A stretch of 64,000 nucleotides of DNA from Haloplasma contractile (GTDB lineage Bacteria; Bacillota_I; Bacilli_A; Haloplasmatales; Haloplasmataceae), in the NCBI GenBank assembly GCA_016841945.1, contig JAENYC010000002.1, forward strand, positions 100,275 to 164,274, given 5' to 3'. Below are positions 39,278-49,173 of this stretch, piece after piece. The translations under genes were made by a program, and so were the position numbers. Each line of letters starts with the position of its first letter. The first letter of the stretch is position 1. Below the pieces are notes generated by a model, which was not told the origin of the DNA, did no database searches, and worked only from the letters and a program-made list of their open reading frames with translations.

Positions 39278-40524
39278 TGAATCAATATGATGTGGTTGTT
39301 ATAGGTGGAGGTGCTGGAGGAATGTCAAGTGCACTTGGTGCCTATCAAAATGGGGCTAAGAAGGTCCTTCTTGTTGAGCGTGATATAGAGTTAGGTGGTA
39401 TTCTTCAACAGTGTATTCATAATGGTTTTGGTCTTCATCATTATAAAGAAGAATTAACGGGTCCTGCTTATGCTGAAAGGCTAAAACAAGAATTAATGGA
39501 TACAGAAATTGATATTAAACTACAGACCACTGTATTAAAAATCACAAAAGATAAAGAAGTACATATGATGAATGAAAAAGATGGATATCAAGTCATTCAA
39601 GCGAAAGCCATTATAGCTTCAAATGGTTGTAGAGAGCGTACAAGACATCAAATTGATATTCCAGGAAAACGACTATCCGGTATCATGACGGCAGGCCTTG
39701 CACAACGCTATTTAAACATCGATGGATATTTGGTTGGTAAAAAAGTACTTATTTTAGGTTCTGGTGATATCGGATTAATCATGGCAAGACGAATGACATT
39801 AGAAGGGGCAAAAGTTTTAGGTGTTGCTGAAATTATGCCTTACTCAAATGGTTTAAATAGAAATATTGTACAATGTCTACACGATTATGATATTCCCCTC
39901 TATTTAAGTCATACAATAGCAAAAGTAAGTGGTAATGACAGATTAGAACAAGTTACCCTATCAGAAGTGGATGAAAAATTTCAAATGAAAGAAGGGACGA
40001 ATAAAACATTTGAAGTGGATACCTTGTTATTATCTGTCGGTTTAATCCCTGACAATAAATTATTAACCGATATATCGGTTAAAATGAATCCAATCACAAA
40101 TGGCGCTTATGTTAATGACAAGTATCAAACGAATATAGAAGGTATCTTTGCATGTGGAAACTCACTCCATGTTCATGACTTAGTTGATTATGTTTCAGAA
40201 GAAAGTTATGAAGCGGGAAAAAATGCTGCCAACTACGTGCTTCATCAAAATAAAGTAAAACAAAATATCATTAATGTTAAATCATCTGATCATATTCATT
40301 ATGTGATTCCAAATCAAATTATGTTAGATAATAAAAATGTTGCCTTTAAATTCAGAGTAACAAAACCAATGGAGAAAGCTTTAATTATGATTAAACAAGG
40401 TAATAAAATTGTGATAGAAATAAAGAAGAGACATTTATTACCGGCAGAAATGGAAAATGTTAAAGTGAATAAAAAAGTTTTTAAATATGATGATGATATC
40501 TCTATTGAAGTGAAAGGAGTATGA
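39274..40524 (+). CDS. NAD(P)/FAD-dependent pyridine-nucleotide-disulfide-family oxidoreductase (second subunit of the three-gene G3P dehydrogenase set)
   Basis: Two Rossmann motifs: YDVVVIGGGAGG and KKVLILGSGDIG. 4-nt overlap with the upstream gene. Confidence 0.7.
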   Translation: MMNQYDVVVIGGGAGGMSSALGAYQNGAKKVLLVERDIELGGILQQCIHNGFGLHHYKEELTGPAYAERLKQELMDTEIDIKLQTTVLKITKDKEVHMMNEKDGYQVIQAKAIIASNGCRERTRHQIDIPGKRLSGIMTAGLAQRYLNIDGYLVGKKVLILGSGDIGLIMARRMTLEGAKVLGVAEIMPYSNGLNRNIVQCLHDYDIPLYLSHTIAKVSGNDRLEQVTLSEVDEKFQMKEGTNKTFEVDTLLLSVGLIPDNKLLTDISVKMNPITNGAYVNDKYQTNIEGIFACGNSLHVHDLVDYVSEESYEAGKNAANYVLHQNKVKQNIINVKSSDHIHYVIPNQIMLDNKNVAFKFRVTKPMEKALIMIKQGNKIVIEIKKRHLLPAEMENVKVNKKVFKYDDDISIEVKGV

Positions 40525-40528
40525 TAAA

Positions 40529-40891
40529 GTGTTTAAAAAAGAAATGACATGTATTGTATGTCCTAGAGGTTGTATACTCACTGTTACAAAAAAAGATGGG
40601 GATTACCAAGTGGAGGGAAACCTCTGTAAAAGAGGAATTAATTATGGCATTAAAGAAGTAATCAATCCTGTAAGACAAGTAACATCAACTGTTAAAATAG
40701 AAGATTCCATTCATCCTAGATTACCTGTTGTTACAGATAAGGAAATTTCAAAAGATTTGATTTTTGAAGTAATGGATGAAATCAATAAAGTGACCTTAAA
40801 AGCACCAATTCATTATAGAGATATCATAATTAAAAATATTTGTGGTACAGATGTAAATATCATTGCATCAAGGAGTATGGATCATATTTAA
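40529..40891 (+). CDS. DUF1667-domain protein (Cys-rich small subunit)
   Basis: AAGGAG SD 9 nt before GTG 40529. CIVCPRGC...GNLCKRG motif typical of DUF1667 proteins that accompany the two oxidoreductases above. Confidence 0.7.
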   Translation: MFKKEMTCIVCPRGCILTVTKKDGDYQVEGNLCKRGINYGIKEVINPVRQVTSTVKIEDSIHPRLPVVTDKEISKDLIFEVMDEINKVTLKAPIHYRDIIIKNICGTDVNIIASRSMDHI

Positions 40892-40898
40892 TTAAAAA

Positions 40899-40930
40899 AA
40901 GACTATGGCTATTGTCATAGTCTTCTCTTA
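40899..40930. terminator. hairpin AAGACTATG-gctattg-CATAGTCTT; strong T-run on the minus-strand side (terminates HIT gene), weaker on plus
   Basis: Read directly. Overlaps the 3' end of the minus-strand HIT gene. Confidence 0.55.
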
Positions 40931-41301
40931 TTACAAGGTTGCTTTAACCAATGTCTAATCCCTTTACCTGCTAATGGTTCATTTTGATATCTAGGGATAA
41001 TATGCAGATGAGCATGGAATATTTCTTGACCACCTGTTTTGCTTACATTCCATCCGACATTATAACCTTGTGGATGATACTTACCATCCATATATTTTTT
41101 CACTTCGGATAATAACTCATAAGTAGCCATCCATTCATCCTTTGTTAAATCAAACACTGTTTCCCGATGTTTCTTAGGGATGATGATTCCTGAACCAATT
41201 AATACTTTTTGTGGTTTTTGTATAAAAAGACAATGTTTATTACTTAAGATTATTTTTTGAGTTTTGTCTTTTTCTATTGAACAAAAAATACATTCTTTCA
41301 T
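40915..41301 (-). CDS. HIT-family (histidine triad) hydrolase
   Basis: Histidine triad HAHLHIIPR. N-terminal CIFC zinc-ribbon-like motif. Confidence 0.85.
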   Translation of the reverse strand: MKECIFCSIEKDKTQKIILSNKHCLFIQKPQKVLIGSGIIIPKKHRETVFDLTKDEWMATYELLSEVKKYMDGKYHPQGYNVGWNVSKTGGQEIFHAHLHIIPRYQNEPLAGKGIRHWLKQPCNKRRL

Positions 41302-41405
41302 TACATTCTCCTTTAATATTTTTTATAATAAATATGATTTTCATTGATTAATTTTTTATAATCGTTTATGATAATAAATAACAACATTAATCTTGGAGGT
41401 ATAAA

Positions 41406-42095
41406 ATGTCAATATTTTTTCATTATGGAAATTTAAATAGATTGATAAAAAGATGTCCTGTCACATGCACCTTGATTCTTATTAATACTTTATTTCTTAT
41501 CGTCTGTGTCATAACAGGTGGTTATTTTGGAGCGTTTTCCATTGAAAATTTAACGCGTTTAGGAGGTTTAGTTCCTTTTTTTGTCATTGAATTTAAACAA
41601 TATCATCGTTTGATATTACCGATGTTTTTACATGGTTCAGTGATTCATTATCTATTTAATACTTTTTTTGGTTTATTAATTTTAAGTGCAGGTTTAGAAA
41701 AATTACTTGGTTCTCTTAAATTTACAATCATTTATTTATTATCAGGTTTAATATCAAGTATCATTGTTTTACTATCTTCTGCGCCTTATTTTATATTTAA
41801 TAATTTTGAAGTATTGAATAGATTTTCAAGGTTTTTAACATATCCATTCTCATTAACCATTGGCGCATCAGGGGCGATTTATGGAGTTTTAGGAACGTTT
41901 TTATACATCATTGTTTATCAAAGGGATTTGCTTAATTATCAGGATCAATCATATGTTAGAACCTTATTGATTATCAATATTATTTTCACTTTTATCGCAC
42001 CCTCTATCAGTTTATATGGACATTTAGGGGGACTACTTGGTGGATTCTTAATTGGGACAATACTTCTAAATCATAATAGAAGGAATTATTATTAA
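41406..42095 (+). CDS. rhomboid-family intramembrane serine protease
   Basis: GASGAIYG (catalytic Ser in GxSG) and a downstream TM His in HLGGLLGGFLIG. 6 TM helices. Confidence 0.7.
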   Translation: MSIFFHYGNLNRLIKRCPVTCTLILINTLFLIVCVITGGYFGAFSIENLTRLGGLVPFFVIEFKQYHRLILPMFLHGSVIHYLFNTFFGLLILSAGLEKLLGSLKFTIIYLLSGLISSIIVLLSSAPYFIFNNFEVLNRFSRFLTYPFSLTIGASGAIYGVLGTFLYIIVYQRDLLNYQDQSYVRTLLIINIIFTFIAPSISLYGHLGGLLGGFLIGTILLNHNRRNYY

Positions 42096-42117
42096 AAGGG
42101 AGAAATCCCTTTTTTTA
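42096..42117. terminator. bidirectional terminator AAGGGA-gaaa-TCCCTT + TTTTTT
   Basis: Read directly, between rhomboid (+) and TetR (-). Confidence 0.6.
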
Positions 42118-42118
42118 T

Positions 42119-42709
42119 TTATTTAAATATTCCATCTATTACACAATCAATTAATTTATGAAATACTTTTGTAAATACCTCCCCTAATTCTTGCTTAAAT
42201 TTATAGAGTAAGAATAGGGATTGTAGTAAACCTGTTAATAGTTCTAAATCATCTTCTTTTAATATATCTTTTTCTTTCCATTTATCAACAATAATGGATA
42301 CAACTTTTAAATCTTCATGAAAATGAGACTCTAATTTTTCTTTAGGTAGTTTACGATAAAGTTGTTCAAAATCCTCTTTTTCTATCACGCGTTGTAAAAA
42401 GGGATTGTTTTCTATATGTTCATAGGATTGAATTAAAAAGTCTTTAAATGCTTCTTTTGGCTTTTTTTTTGATTGAAACATTTCATCTATTAAATTCAAT
42501 CTAAAGGATTCTTCTTGTTCTAAGATATGAAAAAATAGTAATTCTTTAGATTGAAAAAAACGATAGAACGTGCCTTTTCCTATTTGACAAGCATTGACAA
42601 TATCATCAATGCTTGTCTTTTTTAGTCCATAGGTTGAAAATAGTTCTTTTCCTTTTGTGATGATATCTTTTTCTATTTTTTTAACTTCTTGTTTACTGAA
42701 TTTAGGCAT
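42119..42709 (-). CDS. TetR/AcrR-family transcriptional regulator
   Basis: N-terminal HTH GLKKTSIDDIVNACQIGKGTFYRFFQSKELL. Divergent from the ABC operon. Confidence 0.85.
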   Translation of the reverse strand: MPKFSKQEVKKIEKDIITKGKELFSTYGLKKTSIDDIVNACQIGKGTFYRFFQSKELLFFHILEQEESFRLNLIDEMFQSKKKPKEAFKDFLIQSYEHIENNPFLQRVIEKEDFEQLYRKLPKEKLESHFHEDLKVVSIIVDKWKEKDILKEDDLELLTGLLQSLFLLYKFKQELGEVFTKVFHKLIDCVIDGIFK

Positions 42710-42758
42710 AATTTCACCTCAATACTTATTATATATTATTTTAATTTATTTTACAACT

Positions 42759-42788
42759 ATATGACTAAAAACGTTGATTTAGTCATAT
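42759..42788. promoter_or_regulatory. 11-bp inverted repeat ATATGACTAAA-N8-TTTAGTCATAT overlapping the divergent promoter (TATAAT at about 42796); candidate TetR operator
   Basis: Read directly in the TetR/ABC intergenic region. Confidence 0.5.
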
Positions 42789-42834
42789 GAATATATTATA
42801 ATAGAAATACATTAGTAGAAAGGAAAAAGAAACG

Positions 42835-43689
42835 ATGATAGAAGTTAATAATTTAACCTTTTCATATCATAAACATCAAAATGCAATTAGTGATTTAAAT
42901 TTCAAGATTAAAAAAGGTGAAATATTTGGTTTATTAGGTCCTAGTGGTGCAGGAAAAAGTACTACTCAAAAGATTATTATTGGTATTTTGAAAGACTATC
43001 AAGGTAGTGTAAAGGTGATGGGCAAAGAGATAAGTGAGATTAACCAAGATTTTTATGAACATATAGGCGCTTGTTTTGAATTACCAAATCTATATGAGAA
43101 ATTTACAGCACTTGAAAATTTAAATTATTTTAAAGGGATGTATCAATCACAAAAGAAGAATCCTTTAGATTTATTGAAAATGGTAGGACTTTTAGAATAT
43201 AAAGATAAAAGGATCAGTGAGTTTTCAAAAGGAATGAAAATGCGACTTAATTTTTGTCGAGCTTTTATAAATGATCCAGATATTCTTTTTTTTGATGAAC
43301 CGACAACTGGATTAGATCCTGTTAATGCTAGAAACATAAAAGAAATTATTCTTAAACAAAAAGAGTTAGGTAAAACTATTTTTCTTACCACTCATAATAT
43401 GACAGTTGCAGATGAGTTGTGTGATAAAGTGGCTTTTATTGTAGATGGTCATATAAAACTTATTGATGCTCCTAGAAAACTTAAAAAAGAAATGGGAGAA
43501 AGAAAAATTCAAGTGGAGTATATTGATAAACAAAATATTTTAAAGAAAACTTTTAATCTTAAAAACATTGGTTTTAATGAGGAGTATCAAAAACTATTAA
43601 AGACGAAGGAAATAGAACGAATGAGTACATTAGAGGCTAGTTTAGAAACGATTTTTATACAAGTAACAGGTAAAGCATTATGCGATTGA
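42835..43689 (+). CDS. ABC transporter ATP-binding protein (ABC-2/antibiotic-efflux type)
   Basis: Walker A GPSGAGKST. Signature FSKGMKMRL. Walker B ILFFDEPTTGLD. Confidence 0.85.
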   Translation: MIEVNNLTFSYHKHQNAISDLNFKIKKGEIFGLLGPSGAGKSTTQKIIIGILKDYQGSVKVMGKEISEINQDFYEHIGACFELPNLYEKFTALENLNYFKGMYQSQKKNPLDLLKMVGLLEYKDKRISEFSKGMKMRLNFCRAFINDPDILFFDEPTTGLDPVNARNIKEIILKQKELGKTIFLTTHNMTVADELCDKVAFIVDGHIKLIDAPRKLKKEMGERKIQVEYIDKQNILKKTFNLKNIGFNEEYQKLLKTKEIERMSTLEASLETIFIQVTGKALCD

Positions 43690-44366
43690 TTAATGCGATT
43701 AAATATGATATTCTATTTCAATTTCGTCATGGATTTTATTATGCTTATTTATTTATTAGTTTGGTATATATAGGGATTTTAAACTTTATTCCGGATGCTG
43801 TTAACACAAAAGCATCTGTCATTATTATTTTAACAGACCCTAGTGTATTAGGTGCATTTTTTATCGGTGCCATCTTTATTTTAGAGAAAACACAAAATAC
43901 CATAGAAGGACTGTTTACAACACCAATTAAAGTAAGTGAATATATATTAGGTAAAATATTATCCTTAACCATGTTATCAACATTATCTTGTATTCTCATT
44001 GTATTAATGGGTTCTCATGAACAGATTAATTTTTTCTTGTTTTTAATAGGTGTAATACTGACTTCAATTTTATTTTCTTTAATAGGTTTTATATTAGCAC
44101 TATATGCTAAAACGGTGAATCAATACTTTTTATATTCGATGTTGACCATTATTCTTTCACTTCCTATCTTTGGTTACCTAAATCTTTTTCAAACAAATGT
44201 TTTTTATATCTTTCCATTACAGGCAACATTATTATTAATTGATGGCGCTTATCATTCATTAAGCTTCTTAAAATTTAGCTACGCCTTTATCTATTTGAGT
44301 TTGTGGTGTGTAATCAGTTACTTATTCCTTGAATATCTATTAAAGAGGATGGTGAAGAAAGCATGA
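43680..44366 (+). CDS. ABC-2-type transporter permease
   Basis: 6 TM helices. Overlaps the ATPase stop. Confidence 0.6.
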   Translation: MRLINAIKYDILFQFRHGFYYAYLFISLVYIGILNFIPDAVNTKASVIIILTDPSVLGAFFIGAIFILEKTQNTIEGLFTTPIKVSEYILGKILSLTMLSTLSCILIVLMGSHEQINFFLFLIGVILTSILFSLIGFILALYAKTVNQYFLYSMLTIILSLPIFGYLNLFQTNVFYIFPLQATLLLIDGAYHSLSFLKFSYAFIYLSLWCVISYLFLEYLLKRMVKKA

Positions 44367-45082
44367 ATCGTTACCTAACATTAATTAAAGGAGATATAAA
44401 AAACATCTTTCGTGATGGTGTCCTCATCATGATATTTATTGCACCTGTTCTTTTGTGTACCTTATTTAAATTAGGTATTCCATTTATAAAAGATATTTTA
44501 ATAAACTATAATCAATTTGACCTAACATCTTATTATGATCTAATCACCGCTTTTGTTGTGCTTGTCATGACTATGTTAATTGGTTTTATGACAGGACTCA
44601 TTCTAATTGAAGAAAAAGATGAAGGATTGTTTTTGTATTACACGATAACTCCCCTCGGTAAAAATGGCTATTTGTTTTATCGTCTTTCATTACCGCTTAT
44701 CATTAATTTTTTCTTATCTTTTCTTTTGATAAGAGCATTAGGTTTCATTTCTATATCTTTATTTCAACTCTTTTTGATTATTGTTTTAGCTTCTCTTCAA
44801 TCACTTATTTATGTGCTATTACTCACCTCATTATCTTCAAATCGAGTAGAAGCGATGGCTATAGGAAAGGCACTGGGTATCATCATGATTATTCCTATTA
44901 TAGACCGTATTTCAGATTTTTCATTTGATTTTATTTATTATCTTGTTCCAACATATTATATTGGAAAAGCCTTTGAGATAAGAGATTCATCGCAGTTTTA
45001 TCTTATCATCATCATCGGTTTTGTGATTCATGTTATATATATCTATTTATTATACCGTTATTTTATGAAGAAAAATCAATAG
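44363..45082 (+). CDS. ABC-2-type transporter permease (second)
   Basis: 6 TM helices. 4-nt overlap with the previous permease. Confidence 0.6.
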   Translation: MNRYLTLIKGDIKNIFRDGVLIMIFIAPVLLCTLFKLGIPFIKDILINYNQFDLTSYYDLITAFVVLVMTMLIGFMTGLILIEEKDEGLFLYYTITPLGKNGYLFYRLSLPLIINFFLSFLLIRALGFISISLFQLFLIIVLASLQSLIYVLLLTSLSSNRVEAMAIGKALGIIMIIPIIDRISDFSFDFIYYLVPTYYIGKAFEIRDSSQFYLIIIIGFVIHVIYIYLLYRYFMKKNQ

Positions 45083-45089
45083 TATTAAT

Positions 45090-45116
45090 AAATGTCCATT
45101 TGGACATTTTTTTATT
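45090..45116 (+). terminator. rho-independent terminator ATGTCC-attt-GGACAT + TTTTTTT
   Basis: Read directly. Confidence 0.6.
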
Positions 45117-45173
45117 TCCATTATATATAAAATGTGATATAATATATAACGTGATTATATATAGGAGGAAAAT

Positions 45174-45512
45174 ATGAGACTTGTAGGTGAATTCTTACGT
45201 GGTCATACAGAAACTGTCATTTTATCCATTTTAAACAATGGTGATAATTATGGATATGAAATCAGTAAAATCATTAAAAACGCAAGTAAAGGTATTTTTA
45301 ATATTACACAAGCTACATTGTATAATGCCTTAAAGCGTTTATTAAAAGAAGAATTGATCACGAATTATTGGAAAGATGGTTTAAATGGAACGAGAAGAAA
45401 ATATTATGCGATTACAGAAAAAGGGAAATTAGTTTTAGAAGAATGTCGTCGAGATTGGCATTTAATACGTCATTTTTTAAACGATTTAATAGGAGGAACT
45501 TATGAAAGATAA
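45174..45512 (+). CDS. PadR-family transcriptional regulator
   Basis: Winged-helix ILSILNNGDNYGYEISKIIK...TLYNALKRL. RBS AGGAGG. Confidence 0.8.
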   Translation: MRLVGEFLRGHTETVILSILNNGDNYGYEISKIIKNASKGIFNITQATLYNALKRLLKEELITNYWKDGLNGTRRKYYAITEKGKLVLEECRRDWHLIRHFLNDLIGGTYER

Positions 45513-46881
45513 ATTAAAAGAATATGTAGAAAAAGAATTCGAACATGTTAAACAAACAAAGGAGATATTAGAGTTAAAAGAAGAAGTGTATGGGAATTTA
45601 TGTGATCAATATGAAGAATTTATACAGGTAGGTTATGATAAAGAAGAGGCCTATTTAGAAACGATTAAATCAGTGGGTAGTTTTCATAAACCTGATTCAT
45701 CTTTAGCGTACTTTACGAGAAGAACAACTATTGTTTTATCTATCTTTAGTATTTTTTATGCTTTATTAATTCCTACTGTTTTCTTTTTAATAGGAATATA
45801 TGGAATTATTATACAGCTTCTATCTGTTTTAATTTATGTTATATTTTATTCTGTTGGTTTATTTAGAAAATTAGAAAAATTAGATACTAAAAATTATTAT
45901 TTATTAAAGAATAATCTAAAAATTCATCTATTTTACTTTGTGACGATGTTTATATTTCCTATATCATTATTGTTTAATTTGGGCTCTCACTATATTTTTT
46001 ATCTATCATTTGTATTAATATTTATTTTATTAGTCTCTTATCTCTTGATATTTTTTATTGATACTTTATGGATAACAGAAGGAGATTATAAAGTATTAGA
46101 TTATATAAAAAAACATTTAGAGATTATCTATATGGGTGTTGTCATTGGTATTATATCATCCTATGATTTTTTTTCATCGTTGTCTAATTATAACGTCAAT
46201 CCCTTGTATTTAGTGCTTGGGATAGGTTTATTTTTACTATCGCTTTCTTCATTAATTATGAAAAGTATGACTCATATAACTAAAACAAATCTAATTATAA
46301 GAATAATAGCCTACATCTATTTTTTAGGATTATCTATTCTAAGCATATATGATATATTATATGGGTTAAATGTGATTATTCTATTACTTCCATTTTCGAT
46401 TTTATATGGGATTAGTTTATATTTAAAAAGACAATCAAAAGCTCAAAAAATAACATCTATATTAAATCAAATAGGATTTATAGGAATACAATTCCCATTA
46501 ATTCTCTATTTTGTTGGTGGACTTTCTCCATTTGCCTACTTATTATACTTTACACATACAACGGTTTATTTTGGGCCTTATTTTTATAAACTGTTTCCTT
46601 TTGTGATTGTAGTAGGAGTATTAATTTGTTTATTAGTATGGATACAGTTTAAAAAGTCACCTATTGAACAAAAAATCATAGAAACAATTAAAACCATATT
46701 TTATATTTTCTTAATAGATATTATACATCATAAACTAATCACTTTGTTTATGGGAAATAAAGATACAATACGTAGTCAATCAGCGGTGATACCTTATGAT
46801 ATAAAAATTACTTTAAATGCTTATTTTGTGATGATATTTATCACCTATCTTATATTTAATAAAATAAAAGTGAAGTATTAG
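45502..46881 (+). CDS. DUF1700-like N-terminal domain + polytopic membrane protein (PadR-partner)
   Basis: Overlaps the padR stop. N-terminus MKDKLKEYVEKEFEHV...EEAYLETIKSVG is DUF1700-like, followed by 8 or more TM helices. Confidence 0.5.
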   Translation: MKDKLKEYVEKEFEHVKQTKEILELKEEVYGNLCDQYEEFIQVGYDKEEAYLETIKSVGSFHKPDSSLAYFTRRTTIVLSIFSIFYALLIPTVFFLIGIYGIIIQLLSVLIYVIFYSVGLFRKLEKLDTKNYYLLKNNLKIHLFYFVTMFIFPISLLFNLGSHYIFYLSFVLIFILLVSYLLIFFIDTLWITEGDYKVLDYIKKHLEIIYMGVVIGIISSYDFFSSLSNYNVNPLYLVLGIGLFLLSLSSLIMKSMTHITKTNLIIRIIAYIYFLGLSILSIYDILYGLNVIILLLPFSILYGISLYLKRQSKAQKITSILNQIGFIGIQFPLILYFVGGLSPFAYLLYFTHTTVYFGPYFYKLFPFVIVVGVLICLLVWIQFKKSPIEQKIIETIKTIFYIFLIDIIHHKLITLFMGNKDTIRSQSAVIPYDIKITLNAYFVMIFITYLIFNKIKVKY

Positions 46882-46885
46882 TCAT

Positions 46886-47572
46886 TTAAAGATGAACTGG
46901 TATTGGATAACCTAAAATCAGTTCATCTTTTTTTACGATTGTATCATAGGCTAGAATTCTCACACCTTGTTTAGATGCTTGCATTAAAGCATTCATAAAA
47001 GCTTTATCCATTTCTTTATTAGGAGTAAAACCATGACAACCTTTCATTTGAATCACAAAAAGGATTGTACCAGTGTATCCTTCATTAACAGCTTTTATTA
47101 ATTCTAATACATGTTTAGTACCTCTAGAAGTTGGTGCATCTGGAAACATGGCGATTTTGTTTTTTTCAAGTGTCACACCTTTTACTTCAATAAATCCCTT
47201 TTCTTGTTTATTTTCATAATATAAATCAAACCTAGAGTTTCCAAAACTGACTTCCCGTTTGATTGTTTTTAAATAACTAAATTCTTTCATTTTATTATTT
47301 TTAATCGCTTCGTAGGCTACATGGTTAGGTGCTTGTGAATCTATATTCACTATTTTCTTGTGCTTATAAGTACCAATTAAAGAAAACTTTGTTTTTCTAT
47401 TTGGGTTAGAACTTACTTCTAAAATTACATCGTGATTTGGTTGTAGTAATTCCTTTAAACGTCCTGTATTTTTCACATGGACTAATTCTTTTAATCCATT
47501 TATGTAAACTTCAGCAACAAATTGATTTAGACGTTTATGAAATTTTCCATGTATGATTTTTCCATACTTCAT
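46886..47572 (-). CDS. sfsA: sugar fermentation stimulation protein A homolog
   Basis: RLNQFVAEV, HVKNTGRL, IEVKGVTLEKNKIAMFPDAPTSRGTKHVLEL align with E. coli SfsA [31 protein letters not shown]. Confidence 0.85.
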   Translation of the reverse strand: MKYGKIIHGKFHKRLNQFVAEVYINGLKELVHVKNTGRLKELLQPNHDVILEVSSNPNRKTKFSLIGTYKHKKIVNIDSQAPNHVAYEAIKNNKMKEFSYLKTIKREVSFGNSRFDLYYENKQEKGFIEVKGVTLEKNKIAMFPDAPTSRGTKHVLELIKAVNEGYTGTILFVIQMKGCHGFTPNKEMDKAFMNALMQASKQGVRILAYDTIVKKDELILGYPIPVHL

Positions 47573-47712
47573 ATTAACACTTCCAAATTATTATTTTTAC
47601 TTTACATATATTATATCACTTATATTGATGAGTCATAGTTGTTTAATAAGTATATTGACAATTATTGACAAAGTGTTAAAATATAAAGGAATAATTTAAG
47701 GGAGGCTATATA

Positions 47713-48138
47713 ATGGATCATGTTGTATATTTAGATGCTAAGGCAAATGAGTTAGATAAATTATTAAGTGGGAAAAAGTCAATGATTATAAGAGGTGCTG
47801 CAGGTAGAAAGTTACCGTATGGCAGAGTGAATGTTTCAGATTGTTTATATTTTATTAATAATAACGCTGAAGGAAAGGTAAGAGCAAAAGCGATTGTTAA
47901 AGATGTGTTGAATTCAGAGAAGATGGATAAAGAAACTTCTATTGAATTAGTTAGAAAAAACCAAGATAAATTACAACTCACTGAAATGCAATTTAAGAGA
48001 TGGGCAGGTAAACGATACATTGTATTAATTGAAGTGAGTGATATGACTGAATTAGAACCATTTAATATTGATAAGAGTGATTATGGGAATATGGACGATT
48101 GGTTACCGGTTGAAGAGATAAATTCTGTTAAGTTATAG
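47713..48138 (+). CDS. ASCH (PUA-like) domain protein
   Basis: LLSGKKSMIIRG...KVRAKAIV...QLTEMQFKRWAGKRYIVLIEV fits the ASCH pattern (GxKTxExR ... beta-barrel). Confidence 0.5.
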   Translation: MDHVVYLDAKANELDKLLSGKKSMIIRGAAGRKLPYGRVNVSDCLYFINNNAEGKVRAKAIVKDVLNSEKMDKETSIELVRKNQDKLQLTEMQFKRWAGKRYIVLIEVSDMTELEPFNIDKSDYGNMDDWLPVEEINSVKL

Positions 48139-48241
48139 ACTATACTTTGATTTAATAGTATTTTATTTAAATAAAGGTTGATAAATACTCTCTAATTAAC
48201 TATAATAATAAAGGTGTATTTTTTAGAAAGAAGGTGGAATT

Positions 48242-48715
48242 ATGTTAATTAATCAAATTGGTTTAATAAATAAAGAAACTAATCATTTTTCTGTTAATAT
48301 AGAGAAATCCTATATTAAGGCATTAAAAGGATTAGAAGGATATAGCCATCTTCAGATTGTTTGGTGGGCTAATGAATGTGATTCAGATCAAATTAGAAAT
48401 GTTTTGAACTTGAAACATTTATTTAAAAAAGGACCTGAGGAAATGGGAGTTTTTGCTACTAGGTCACCTGTTCGTCCCAATCCTATCATGATAAGCATAA
48501 TAGAGATAGAAAAGATAGATTTTGAAAAAGGTATTATTTATACTCCTTTTATAGATGCTAATCATCATACACCAGTGCTTGATATAAAACCATATAACTT
48601 AATGGAGAGAGTTAAAAATTGTCAAGTTCCTAACTGGTGTGAACATTGGCCAAAATGGTTTGAAGATACATCAAATTTTAATTGGAAAGAAGAAATTAAT
48701 AGAGAGGAGGATTAA
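48242..48715 (+). CDS. tsaA: tRNA (N6-threonylcarbamoyladenosine) methyltransferase TsaA/YaeB family
   Basis: LEGYSHLQIVWW, RSPVRPNPIMISI, HHTPVLDIKPY are the conserved TsaA motifs. Confidence 0.8.
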   Translation: MLINQIGLINKETNHFSVNIEKSYIKALKGLEGYSHLQIVWWANECDSDQIRNVLNLKHLFKKGPEEMGVFATRSPVRPNPIMISIIEIEKIDFEKGIIYTPFIDANHHTPVLDIKPYNLMERVKNCQVPNWCEHWPKWFEDTSNFNWKEEINREED

Positions 48716-48717
48716 AT

Positions 48718-49110
48718 TTGCTTAGAATTTTCATCAGTATATTCATTACCTTACATGGTTTAGTACACTTATGGTATTTTACTCTAAGTCAGAGATTAAT
48801 AAAATTTCAACCTGAAATGGGCTGGACTGGAGAATCATGGTTATTTAAGAATATGATGTCAGAGTCAACAGTTCGTTTTATAGCGAGTATATTATTTATA
48901 ATTACTTCAGTTTTATTTATAATTAGTGGAGTAGGTTATTTATTAAATACAAAATGGTGGCAACTGATTATTATTATTTCATCATTATTGTCTTCTTTAA
49001 TTTTATTATTGTTTTGGGATGGTAATCTATCTCAAATAGTAGAAAAAGGAATAATAGGTTTATTAATTAATATAGGCATTTTAATAATTGTATTGATAAT
49101 TAAACCATAA
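48718..49110 (+). CDS. small hypothetical membrane protein (4 TM)
   Basis: TTG start as given in the track. Hydrophobic throughout. Confidence 0.4.
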   Translation: MLRIFISIFITLHGLVHLWYFTLSQRLIKFQPEMGWTGESWLFKNMMSESTVRFIASILFIITSVLFIISGVGYLLNTKWWQLIIIISSLLSSLILLLFWDGNLSQIVEKGIIGLLINIGILIIVLIIKP

Positions 49111-49173
49111 TAATGAAGTAGTGAATAAAGGCATCAAAAGATGTCTTTTTTTAAAAGAGAGGATGATTAATAA

